NCBI GenBank assembly: GCA_021413965.1 | Contig: JAIOPI010000003.1 | Coordinates: forward strand, 22,515-86,514 | From: Lentisphaerota bacterium | Lineage (GTDB): Bacteria > Verrucomicrobiota > Kiritimatiellia > UBA8416 > JAIOPI01 | DNA length: 64,000 nucleotides | Direction of reading: 5' to 3' | In this document: one piece after another, positions 26,716 to 37,730 of the stretch | Numbering within the stretch: position 1 is the stretch's first letter | Layout: each line of letters starts with the position of its first letter | The notes under the pieces: generated by a model | The model's input: only the letters and a program-made list of their open reading frames with translations | Told to the model about the DNA's origin: nothing | Databases searched by the model: none | Made by a program: the position numbers and the translations under genes

Positions 26716-29417
26716 CGTCTGTGCGAGAGTGTAGCGGCGCAGAGCAACCAGCCCAGGGCCGTCAGGCCAAGGCCCGCGACGTCAGACGCGGTGCGTCCGT
26801 AGTAGATTTCGACCTCGGGCTGGTCAGGATAGACGAGCAGGAACGCGGGCGTCACGCGGTAGACGCGCCTGGCGCCCCTCACTTTCCAATTTGGGAAATA
26901 GCTGACCTTCACCATGTGAGGGAGGCCGATGGCGTCGGTGGTGAACCGGATGCGGTCAGGGCGGTCAGATTCCGACAGGATGCCGCGCCCGGTGTGCTCC
27001 ACCGGGGTGACCGTGAGCGGAGTGGGATCGGGTGGGGTCTCGGCCGTGCTGCAAACGACATCGGGGAACGGCTTGCCGTCGGGATCGGTCACCCGGACAT
27101 GGAAGAAGTGGCCGCCGACGGATTGCTGGGACTTGTGGAGCAGTCGATTTCGCCCCTGGCGCAGGTGAATCCCTTGCGTGCGAAGGGTTCCGAGGCCAGT
27201 GTTGGAGTCCCGGACGACGGGTTCATCATTGAGCCAGATAGCGGCGCCGTCATCGTTGCCGTAATGCAGGACGGCATCGCGGGCGGTGGGAGAGAAGATG
27301 TTCACGAAGCTGTAGGCCACGAGGTAATCCGTCTGGTTGTAGAAACGTGACGGGAAGATCGGGCTGCGAGTGAAGAGAATCCGCCAGGAGAGGCCACCGG
27401 CCCGGTCGCCTTCGCGCGGGTCGAGGTTGGACTCCGTGATGGGGGCAACGGCGAGCGGGTCGACGGCCTCACGCGGATAGGGAAAGGGGCCGAGGTGCAG
27501 CCATTCGTCGATGTCGCCGGAGGCTCGGCGGGCGGCGCTGACAATTTGCCGGAAGCGGGCGGCGGGCAGGACGGGGGAGGTGGCGACCGGCGGTCCGAGC
27601 GTGGCGGGGGCGGGAAGCGCGCCGTCCTCCTCGCCAGGGGGGACGAAGACGATGGGTTGATCGAGGAGTTCCGGGGTGTAGAACCACTCGAGGGCGTCTT
27701 CGCGCCAGCGATCGGACGTGAAAGCGATGGGCCAGTTCGGGGGGATGAATACCTGGCGCCCGTCGTGGGTCAGCAATTCAAAGAGCTGCCATTCGTCGGC
27801 GGTGCCGACACGGCGCCACATGGGGGACGCGGCGAGTGCATACTGGACGACGGGCCAGCGAGCGAGGAAGTGCTTCACATTGAACAGTTCAAGGTGGCGC
27901 GTGCCGTTGACCAGGTTAAAGGTTGTCGGATTGACGATGGTGGGAAAGCCGGCGCAGGACTCTGACATTTCGCACTGAATGTAGTAGGTGAAATAGGATG
28001 ACAGGCCCGAGTTCACGAGGCCGCCTTCGATGATGGGCTTGTCGATGAGGTGTGGCACGGCCTCCGTGATGCGCGAGGACCCCATGGCGTTGTTCTCCTC
28101 GCAAAGGTCATTGGCGAGTCGGCCGGGGGTGCCGTCCAGCGGGAGGATCAAGTCGTGAAAGGCGCGGTAGGCGGGGCGTCGTTCGAGGCCGCCGTAGTTG
28201 AACGCGGCCCAATCGCGCAGGGGGGCGGTGCCGTGGCGGACTTCGCGCTCCTGATCCGCGATATAGACTCCGGCGGCGGCGAGCAGTGCCAGCACCAGGA
28301 ATGCCTGACCGGGGCGCTGACGGACGGCGAGGCCAAGGCCGGTGGCGGCGAGGGCGAGGAGTGCGAAGAAAACGAAGGGCCAGAGGCGGACGTTGACGAA
28401 GACGGGACTGAGATCGAAGCCATGGAAGTAAAGCGCGCAGGCGGATGCGAACATCCAGCCGATGAGGAGGACGGCGGATCGGTGTGGGGCGCGGCGCTCG
28501 AGGCCGAGGGCGAGGAGGATGAAGGGGATCAGGCCGAGGGTGTAGGCCGGGAGCGTCTGGGCGAGTGACTGCTCCCAGTTGCGTCCGAAGTCGACGCTGT
28601 AGGCGCCCTTGGCCACGAGGGGCACGAGCCACCAGGCCATGAGCAGGGCGGCGCGCAGGCCGGTGGTGGCGAGGGTGGTGAGCGTTTGGCGGAGGAGATG
28701 ACGCGGCATGAGGAAGGGCAGGGCGGCGAGGGTGATGCCGGCCATGACGGACGTGAAGAAATGCGAGGCGAGCATGAGGGCGGCGAGGGCGGCCGTGCGC
28801 AGGCGGGCACGGCCGGTATGGGCATCGTCATAGGCGGACGCAATGGTCAGCAGCATGATCGGGAAGCTGAGGCTGTTGGCGATCATGCCGGCCAGCGTGC
28901 TGTAGACGTTGACGCCCCACATGGTGTGCGTTTTGACAAAGAGGAACGGCAGCATGGCCACGGTCAGCAGGGCGGGAACGGGGCGGGGCAGGCGGAGGGT
29001 GCGCGCGAAGTACCAGGCGCAGGCGGGCAGGATTAAGATGCCCAGCACGTTTACGCACTTAAAGGCGACGTTGAAGGGCATGAGGTAGCTGGCGGCCGCG
29101 ATGACCAGATACGGGAGGCAGAAGTAGTACTGGAAGGCGGGGAAGCCAGCCCACCATCCGGGCGCCCAGCTTACGATGCGGCCGTGGTGGAACAGCGACT
29201 CGCGCAGGTGGCTTGCGAGATAATTGTGGGCGGGTGTATCACCGCCAACCGTCATCGTATCGAGCAGCAGCAAGTGCGGGGGAATATTCCAGAGCGTGAA
29301 GGCGGCGATGATCGCGAGGATGGCGAGGACGAGCAGGGGGCGGCGCTGGGCGGGCGGTGGGGGGGGAGGGGCGGCAGGCGGGGGGAGACTGGCCCCGGGT
29401 GGGGTGGCGTCCGGCAT
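26682..29417 (-). CDS. Large polytopic membrane protein, PTPS-related/YfhO-like (GT-C-like) with an inserted carbohydrate-binding-like module
   Basis: GGDTPAH, WAPGWWAGFPAFQYY, many TM helices. C-terminal MVKVSYFPNWKVRGARRVYRVTPAFLLV plus a final TM helix is typical of YfhO-like proteins. Confidence 0.7.
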   Translation of the reverse strand: MPDATPPGASLPPPAAPPPPPPAQRRPLLVLAILAIIAAFTLWNIPPHLLLLDTMTVGGDTPAHNYLASHLRESLFHHGRIVSWAPGWWAGFPAFQYYFCLPYLVIAAASYLMPFNVAFKCVNVLGILILPACAWYFARTLRLPRPVPALLTVAMLPFLFVKTHTMWGVNVYSTLAGMIANSLSFPIMLLTIASAYDDAHTGRARLRTAALAALMLASHFFTSVMAGITLAALPFLMPRHLLRQTLTTLATTGLRAALLMAWWLVPLVAKGAYSVDFGRNWEQSLAQTLPAYTLGLIPFILLALGLERRAPHRSAVLLIGWMFASACALYFHGFDLSPVFVNVRLWPFVFFALLALAATGLGLAVRQRPGQAFLVLALLAAAGVYIADQEREVRHGTAPLRDWAAFNYGGLERRPAYRAFHDLILPLDGTPGRLANDLCEENNAMGSSRITEAVPHLIDKPIIEGGLVNSGLSSYFTYYIQCEMSESCAGFPTIVNPTTFNLVNGTRHLELFNVKHFLARWPVVQYALAASPMWRRVGTADEWQLFELLTHDGRQVFIPPNWPIAFTSDRWREDALEWFYTPELLDQPIVFVPPGEEDGALPAPATLGPPVATSPVLPAARFRQIVSAARRASGDIDEWLHLGPFPYPREAVDPLAVAPITESNLDPREGDRAGGLSWRILFTRSPIFPSRFYNQTDYLVAYSFVNIFSPTARDAVLHYGNDDGAAIWLNDEPVVRDSNTGLGTLRTQGIHLRQGRNRLLHKSQQSVGGHFFHVRVTDPDGKPFPDVVCSTAETPPDPTPLTVTPVEHTGRGILSESDRPDRIRFTTDAIGLPHMVKVSYFPNWKVRGARRVYRVTPAFLLVYPDQPEVEIYYGRTASDVAGLGLTALGWLLCAATLSHRRRRGGTPRPTS

Positions 29418-29422
29418 GGCGG

Positions 29423-30619
29423 TCAGGCCCCCGCCGCGTTAACGAAGTTCGTCCCGCGAAGGAGCGCGGGCAGTCCGAAGCAACCGGCCGCCGTCTGGGC
29501 CACATCGAAGAAGCCATCGCGGATGCCCAGATTGCGTCCGGCGATGGGCGCGTGGCGGACCAGGAGCGGGACGTACTCCCGCGTGTGGTCGGTGCCCGTG
29601 AAGGTCGGATCGTTGCCGTGGTCGGCGGTGATCATGACCATATCGTCTGGCGACACAAGGGGTAGAAACTGGGCCAGGAAGCGATCCGTCTCCTGCAGGG
29701 CGGAGGCATAGCCCCGCGGGTCGCGGCGATGACCGTAGAGCATGTCGAAGTCGATCAAGTTGGCGAAGACGAAGACGGGGCTTGTCCCCTTGGCGAGGGC
29801 GAGGTCCAGCAGTGCGGCTTGTGCGTCACGGTTGTTTTCGACGTGGTGCGACTCGTCGATGCCGCGGTGCGCAAAGATGTCGTCGAGTTTGCCGACGGTG
29901 ACGGTGCGGATGCCGGCGTTTTGAAGCCGATCGAGGATCGTGGGTTCGGGGGGGGTGAAGGAGAAGTCGCGCCGGTTCTCGGTGCGTTTGAATGCGCCGG
30001 GGCGCCCGACAAAGGGGCGGGCGATGACCCGTCCGACGGGGAAGGCATCACAGTACCGCCGGACCCGTTCACAGCATTGGTAGAGTTCGGCCAGCGGGAT
30101 GACGCCCTCATGCGCGGCGATTTGAACGACGGAGTCGGCGCTGGTGTAGACGATCCAGGCGCCGTCCTGCATGTGGCGCGCGCCGAGTTCCTCGATGATG
30201 GCGGTGCCGCTGGCGGCCTTGTTGCCAATGACCGCGCGCCCCGTCTCCTGCACGATGGCTGCCAGCAGATCGGGTGGAAAGGATGGAGGGCCGGCCGGGA
30301 ACAAGTGGAGTCCGCGTGTGAGCTCGAGGCCAGCCAATTCCCAATGGCCGGTCGTGGTGTCCTTGCCTTTCGAACGCTCGCGCAAGGCGCCGAAGGCGGC
30401 CTGGGGGTGAGCGGCCGGGGCGACGCCGGGGATGGGGCGCCCAGCGGGCAGCAAGGGCGGGATATTGCCGAGGCCAAGCTGCTGGAGCGTGGGCAGATTC
30501 AGCCCGCCGACGGCCTCGCCGACGTGGGGTAGTGTGTAGGCCCCAAGGTCGCCGTAGTCGGCGGCGTCCGGCGCCTGGCCAATGCCCACGGAATCCAGCA
30601 CGATAACGAAGACGCGCAT
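29423..30619 (-). CDS. deoB: Phosphopentomutase
   Basis: VLDSVGIG, GKDTTTGHWE, YTSADSV, GRVIARPF, DFDMLYGHRRD, TADHGNDPT, DHTREYVP. Start 30619, alternative 30631. Confidence 0.96.
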   Translation of the reverse strand: MRVFVIVLDSVGIGQAPDAADYGDLGAYTLPHVGEAVGGLNLPTLQQLGLGNIPPLLPAGRPIPGVAPAAHPQAAFGALRERSKGKDTTTGHWELAGLELTRGLHLFPAGPPSFPPDLLAAIVQETGRAVIGNKAASGTAIIEELGARHMQDGAWIVYTSADSVVQIAAHEGVIPLAELYQCCERVRRYCDAFPVGRVIARPFVGRPGAFKRTENRRDFSFTPPEPTILDRLQNAGIRTVTVGKLDDIFAHRGIDESHHVENNRDAQAALLDLALAKGTSPVFVFANLIDFDMLYGHRRDPRGYASALQETDRFLAQFLPLVSPDDMVMITADHGNDPTFTGTDHTREYVPLLVRHAPIAGRNLGIRDGFFDVAQTAAGCFGLPALLRGTNFVNAAGA

Positions 30620-30668
30620 GGGCAGCAGCATAGGTCTGGCCCGAAGTCGAGAAAAGCAAAAAGGCGGG

Positions 30669-32342
30669 TTACGACTGCGGGGGCGGGGCGGACTCGTCGG
30701 CAGCGGCGGCGGCGTCGGCGGCCTGCTTCTGGTAGTCCTGGAAGTTCGCCTGGCGCAAGAGGTACGCGCTCCACTGGTCGAAGACCAGGCCGGACTGATA
30801 CTCCTGCAGGGTGCGCAGCAGTTGGGGGCGGAGGGCGACGGCTTCGGCCGCGCTGCCGGCGGTGCGAGAGGTCTGATGGGCGATGATCAACTGGTTGCCC
30901 GCTTCCAAGACATTGCTCAGTTCGCCATTTTCGAGTTCCACGACGGCGGGCACGATTTTTTCCGCATGCTCGAAGAGGTTCGTGCTCAGGCTTGCGAACA
31001 CGGTGAACGTTCCGGTGGTGGCGACGTTCAGGTGTTGAGCCTGGGCGATGCTTCGGAAGTCGCGGTTGGTGGCGAGGCCCGAGGCGAACGTGGTGTGGAC
31101 GGACTCAGCCCACTTGACGAAGGCCTGGCGCTGCGCCTGGCGTTTGGCCAGCGGTGTGACGGTCGTCTCGATTTCGCTGAATGCGGGAATGCGGGCTTCC
31201 TGGCGCTCATTTGCGGTCAGGACGTAGACGGCATTCGATCCTGCGATAGAGTCGCTGAAGGAAAGTTCGGGATCATTAAGCACGAGGTTAAAGGCGGCGC
31301 GGTTGAATTCCTGGTCGACCAAGAGTTCGGGGAGGGGTTCATCGATCGCGAAGAGGCGCGTGGTGGCGACGTCGAGGTGGCTGGTCGCGGCCAGTGAGTC
31401 AAACGTGGGGCGTTTGCCGGAGCGGTCGGGGGCGAGGTCCATGACGAAGCGAGTGGCCACTTCACGGGCGGCAAAGCGGGCCCCGTCGTCGCGGAGTTTC
31501 GCCTCGATCACCGGGCGCACCTTCTCGAGCGGTTCCGGCAGGCTGTAGGTGTTCGTGGACGCGACCAGGAAGTCCTCGGAATGAGCGTCGTAATAGCTCT
31601 GGACTTCCTCGCTGCTGACCGTGGCGGGAATGAAATTCGAGTAGGGGAACGTCACGTAGCGGACGCTGACTCGTTCCGGGATGGTGAAGCCTTCACGGTT
31701 CTGATCATAGAAGGCGCGCGCATCAGACTCGGCGATGGACACGACGCCTGTGGATTGGGCGGGATCCAGCACCACATATTCGACGGTACGGCGATCCGTG
31801 AGGTTCCGCAGTCGCTGCTCGAGTTCAGTGGGTGCGGTCCAGGCGGCGGCCTCAACGGTGCCGGCCAGTTTCTGGATGGTGATGCTTTGCCGGAGGTACT
31901 CTTCGAAGGTCGTCAGGTCGACGCCCTTGGACTGAACGAAGGCGAGGTATCGCTGTTTGTCGAAGGAGCCATTGGCCTGGAAGGTCTTTTCACTGCTGAG
32001 GATCTGCCCGATTTCAGCATCCGGCACGGTGATGCCCAGGCGCTCGGCGGTCCGCAGTATGGCGAGGCGGCGCCAGGTGCGCTGGCGCATGGTCTCGAAC
32101 TCTTTTGGGGAGAGCCCGCGGTCGTTGTTCAGACCCATTTCAAAGAACATGGCCGTACGAAACTCCGCCGGGCTGACGTCGTTTCCGAAGAGTGTTCCGG
32201 CGGCATTGTGGTTGGTCTTTTCGTCACCGGAACAGCTGCGAATGGAGCTGAAGGAGACGAGGAAGGCCAAGCTGACGCCGGTGGCGATGACGGCCCATAC
32301 GACGCGGTGCCGGATCATCTGGTGGAATTTAGTAATCAGCAT
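30669..32342 (-). CDS. PpiD-like membrane-anchored periplasmic chaperone (SurA_N domain)
   Basis: N-terminal TM helix; AERLGITVPDAEI, FQANGSFDKQRY, FYDQNREGFTIPERVSVRYV. Confidence 0.75.
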   Translation of the reverse strand: MLITKFHQMIRHRVVWAVIATGVSLAFLVSFSSIRSCSGDEKTNHNAAGTLFGNDVSPAEFRTAMFFEMGLNNDRGLSPKEFETMRQRTWRRLAILRTAERLGITVPDAEIGQILSSEKTFQANGSFDKQRYLAFVQSKGVDLTTFEEYLRQSITIQKLAGTVEAAAWTAPTELEQRLRNLTDRRTVEYVVLDPAQSTGVVSIAESDARAFYDQNREGFTIPERVSVRYVTFPYSNFIPATVSSEEVQSYYDAHSEDFLVASTNTYSLPEPLEKVRPVIEAKLRDDGARFAAREVATRFVMDLAPDRSGKRPTFDSLAATSHLDVATTRLFAIDEPLPELLVDQEFNRAAFNLVLNDPELSFSDSIAGSNAVYVLTANERQEARIPAFSEIETTVTPLAKRQAQRQAFVKWAESVHTTFASGLATNRDFRSIAQAQHLNVATTGTFTVFASLSTNLFEHAEKIVPAVVELENGELSNVLEAGNQLIIAHQTSRTAGSAAEAVALRPQLLRTLQEYQSGLVFDQWSAYLLRQANFQDYQKQAADAAAAADESAPPPQS

Positions 32343-32445
32343 ATGGGTGGCGTATCCTGCTGGGGTTAAGGCGCATCCCGCCCCAGGGGACGGGATGCGA
32401 ATGGCTAAGCACTACCACCGGCGATTGTGCCACGGTTGGCCAGTC

Positions 32446-33714
32446 TCACTTGCGCCCCGTCGGCGTGATATCCGGCTTGGCGGTGGTGGTCGTCGAGGTG
32501 GTGGTGGACGTTGTCGTGGTACTGGTCGACGACGTGCTCGTGGAGGTTGTGGACGTCGAGGTCGTGGCCGGCGCGGTGGTGGTGGTCGACGTCGTGGTCG
32601 TGGTCACCGTGGGGGCGGCGGTTGTCGAGGTCGAGGTGGTGGTGGAGGTCGACGTCGTGGGGAAGAAGGGGATGGTGGTCGTGGTGGTTTTCCGGCGGGT
32701 GGTGGTGGTGGTCACGGTCGTGGTCGGGACCGGCACATCACCAGGCGGCGTCGTGGTTGTGGTCGTGGAGGTCGTGGTCGACGACGTCGTGCTGGGGAAG
32801 AGATCGCCAGGTTGAGTGGTGGTGGTGGTGGTGCCGGAGCCGCCGGGCACGGTGGCGCCGCCGCCGCCGGGTTCATCGCTGTTCACGAGCGGGGGACCGC
32901 TGCCGCCCGGTTCACCGGCGGGGCCGTTGGCGGCGTGTTCGAAATTGTCGGCCTGAATGACGTTGCCGTCGGCGCCGACTTCCAGGATCGTGACGATGGA
33001 GATGTTGGGGTCGGTTTCGCTGGGTTTTTGCAGGATCTTGATCACGGAATCCTGAACCATCTCGGCGAGGCGCACGGAGCCGGTGCTATCCTTGACCTGC
33101 ACGCCGAACTTGCCGGCAAGGCAGCGGAGGCGCAGGAAGCCGCGGTCATCGGAGCAGGCGATGGTGATGCCGTCGTTTTCCTTGATTTTGGGGACGGTGT
33201 AGAAGGGGCCACTGGCGTCCATCTCACCGGTGCGGCAGTTAATGACGACGACCTTGAGGTCGGCTTCGGTGGTGGCTTCGACGGTGGACGAACCACCGGC
33301 GAGGTAGTGCATGGCGACGCAGCGCGTGACGATTTCGAAGCCGTTTTCCTTGTTGAAGTCCTTATCGAGGCCGACATCGACCTTGCCGCGATAGAGGTTG
33401 AGTATTTTCACGGACGGGTTGGAGGAGTCTTCACCGACGACGGCAATGACATCTCCTCCGAGGACGAGTTGGTTGCCTGGGGCGAGGACGACGGTGATGC
33501 CCCCATCGCTGCTGGTGCGCAGGACGGTGCCGTAGCTGAGGCCTTCTCCGCCCTGGAGAGGCTTGGCATCCGCGGTGCCGGGAACGAGTGCCGAGCACTG
33601 GCCCTTGACATCGGCCACCTGGAAGAGAGGCGCGAAGGCGGCGTCGGCTTGTCGATGGGCGAGGCAAGCCAGCAGACAGAACATAATCCAAGTACGGAGC
33701 CAACGGTTACTCAT
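32446..33714 (-). CDS. Secreted FecR-like beta-domain protein with a long Thr-rich tail
   Basis: ATG 33714 with GGAGG SD; signal peptide; VKG...LQGGEGLSYGTVLRTSSDG...LYRGKV...FEIVT resembles the FecR domain; more than 100 aa of T/S/P-rich tail. Confidence 0.65.
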   Translation of the reverse strand: MSNRWLRTWIMFCLLACLAHRQADAAFAPLFQVADVKGQCSALVPGTADAKPLQGGEGLSYGTVLRTSSDGGITVVLAPGNQLVLGGDVIAVVGEDSSNPSVKILNLYRGKVDVGLDKDFNKENGFEIVTRCVAMHYLAGGSSTVEATTEADLKVVVINCRTGEMDASGPFYTVPKIKENDGITIACSDDRGFLRLRCLAGKFGVQVKDSTGSVRLAEMVQDSVIKILQKPSETDPNISIVTILEVGADGNVIQADNFEHAANGPAGEPGGSGPPLVNSDEPGGGGATVPGGSGTTTTTTQPGDLFPSTTSSTTTSTTTTTTPPGDVPVPTTTVTTTTTRRKTTTTTIPFFPTTSTSTTTSTSTTAAPTVTTTTTSTTTTAPATTSTSTTSTSTSSTSTTTTSTTTSTTTTAKPDITPTGRK

Positions 33715-33967
33715 AGCGCCTCCACGCGATTGCACGGCAACAGGAATCCACGCGAACTTGCAATATACGCTACCGTATAGGTGCACTGACGTAAAGTCAA
33801 GATGTTAGGCTATTTGGAGGGGTGGCGGGGGATGGTGCGGGGGGGGCGGCTGAGGGGCAGGGAAAGTGCTTGAAGGAGGGGCTCGCTTGGTGTCATAGTG
33901 ACGAACTGCATTTTTTCCCGTATCATGGATGGCGTGTGCTGCGCCCAGGTGGAGGGATGATCGCCGT

Positions 33968-35941
<1,974 letters not shown>

Positions 35942-36008
35942 GCGACGTGGCTGGCCGGCCGGCCAGCCATCCAGTCCATAATCCGTTCATACGGGAAGGA
36001 GACAGTAC

Positions 36009-36512
36009 ATGTTCGGTCAGGGATCGTGTGTTGCAGAGTTGGCGTTCACGGCGCATTCGGCGCTCTACGCGCTGCTGGGGTTGGTTGTGGGCATTCTGGT
36101 GGGGCGGCAGTTGGAAGCGCCGCCGCGTCCGCCGGCGCCGAAGATCCGGCGCGACCGGGATGAGCGTTCTCAAGCCAGTCGTCCAGCGAGTGTCGGCGGT
36201 GGCAGCAGCCGTGGCGGCGGCAACGGTGGCGGGGGTGGCGGAACCGGCCGCGGCGTGGAGTTATACGTGGGCAACCTGCCCTACGAGACGACGGACAAGG
36301 AACTTGGCCGGGCGTTCGAGCGCTTTGGTCGGGTCTTGTCCGTGCGCATGATTGAGAACCGGCGCAATGGCAAACCCAAGGGTTTCGGTTTCGTGGAAAT
36401 GGACAACGACGCGGCTGCGAATGCCGCGATCAAGGCGATGAACGGGACGGATTTCAAGGGCCGTTCACTCGTCGTGAATGAGGCCAAGTCCCGCGCCCGG
36501 CAGGACGATTAA
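36009..36512 (+). CDS. RRM (RNP-1) RNA-binding protein with an N-terminal transmembrane helix
   Basis: LYVGNLPY (RNP-2), KGFGFVEM (RNP-1), LVVNEAK. N-terminal ALYALLGLVVGILVG hydrophobic helix and a Gly-rich linker; AGGAG SD. Confidence 0.9.
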   Translation: MFGQGSCVAELAFTAHSALYALLGLVVGILVGRQLEAPPRPPAPKIRRDRDERSQASRPASVGGGSSRGGGNGGGGGGTGRGVELYVGNLPYETTDKELGRAFERFGRVLSVRMIENRRNGKPKGFGFVEMDNDAAANAAIKAMNGTDFKGRSLVVNEAKSRARQDD

Positions 36513-36541
36513 GAGCGGCGCGAAGGCGTTGACTCGACATG

Positions 36542-36576
36542 AAGCGGGAGTCGCATCGGCGGCTCCCGCTTTTTTT
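36542..36576 (+). terminator. Rho-independent terminator after rpoD-RRM
   Basis: Stem aagcgggagtcgc / gcggctcccgctt followed by a T run. Confidence 0.85.
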
Positions 36577-36637
36577 GTGCCTGGATGGCGATTGGCGGGT
36601 CCTGCGCGGTCGGCGGTGCGGGGCGCCCGCGGATCGC

Positions 36638-37186
36638 CTAGGATGGGAGGATCAATCCGGGAGCCACGGCTTCGACGGCTTGGGGACCGTCGACATGTGC
36701 GATCAGGGCAAGCGCGAATTCGAACGCGGTGCCGGGGCCCTGGCTGGTGATGATGTTCTGATCAATCGCGACGCGTTCCGAGACATGGTGTGCGGCCGTG
36801 AGGTCGGCCGCCACGCCGGGGAAGCAGGTCGCGCGGATACCCTTGAGAATGCCGGCCGCTTGGAGCACCAGCGGTCCGGCGCAGATGGCGGCGACGGGCT
36901 TGCCGGCGCGGCGGAACGCGCGCACGGTGTCCAGTACGGATGCCGACCGCATGAGTTGTTGAGTCCCTCCACCGCCGCCGGGGATGACCAGGATATCGAA
37001 GTCAGCGGCGTGAACGGTGGCCCAGTCGGCATCCGCCAGGAGGCGCAAACCGCGCGATGCGGTGATGGGTTGGGGCGTGACTGCAGCGGTGATGACCTCC
37101 CACTTGGCGCGCCTCAAGACGTCGACAATGATGGCGGCCTCCATTTCCTCAACCCCTTCGGCCAGTGGAACGAGTGCTTTCGTCAT
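36638..37186 (-). CDS. DJ-1/PfpI family protein (YajL/ThiJ-like)
   Basis: MTKALVPLAEGVEEMEA, VIPGG, AAICAGP, ATCFP, ITSQGPGTAFEFAL. Confidence 0.92.
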   Translation of the reverse strand: MTKALVPLAEGVEEMEAAIIVDVLRRAKWEVITAAVTPQPITASRGLRLLADADWATVHAADFDILVIPGGGGGTQQLMRSASVLDTVRAFRRAGKPVAAICAGPLVLQAAGILKGIRATCFPGVAADLTAAHHVSERVAIDQNIITSQGPGTAFEFALALIAHVDGPQAVEAVAPGLILPS

Positions 37187-37486
37187 GGCGTGTCTCCTTC
37201 TCATCGGCAGGCGCACCCGCGTGAGTGCCCCGGCCAGCGCGGCGAGTCTACCAGCGAGAGGGCTGGGGCGCAATGCGTCGGGTGCGGGGGGACTGTTGAG
37301 GCAGGGTGGTTGGCTGTACGGGTACGGGAGGGAGGCGTGGCGCCATGGATGCGATGGATCCTATTGGGATCGAGCGGCTTGTGCAGACACGAAATACTAA
37401 CAGGGCGCACATGGTTGGGCAATGGCAGGGGACGAGACTGTAGGCGTGGAAGAAGTTGGAGACGGGATGGAAAGGAGGTGAAGAGG

Positions 37487-37696
37487 ATGCCATTCAAGTT
37501 TGTAGATGACGGCTACCCGGAGGCGGACGACTATTCGAGCAATTACGTCTGGGTCGAGCCGCGTCCGGTGGTCCGCGATGGGGATCGTGGCATGCCGCGT
37601 GCCCTGCGATACCTGCGGGCGTTGACCTGGGGGAAGCGCCCCTGGGGGAAGCGCGATCGCCGAGTGATCGACAACCCGCGCCGCCTGGCGCGGTGA
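37487..37696 (+). CDS. Small hypothetical protein (69 aa)
   Basis: AAAGGAGGTG SD before ATG 37487; MPFKFVDDGYPEADDYSSNYVW...RRLAR. Confidence 0.5.
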   Translation: MPFKFVDDGYPEADDYSSNYVWVEPRPVVRDGDRGMPRALRYLRALTWGKRPWGKRDRRVIDNPRRLAR

Positions 37697-37730
37697 GTGA
37701 GAGCCGGACGCCGTCCTGGCGTTCGCGCGT

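Noticed and set aside
32480..32840. Repetitive GTG/GTC-rich tract (also about 405-630) as a possible CRISPR or tandem repeat array
   Set aside because: These are Thr/Ser codon runs within CDSs; there is no constant repeat with unique spacers and no cas genes.
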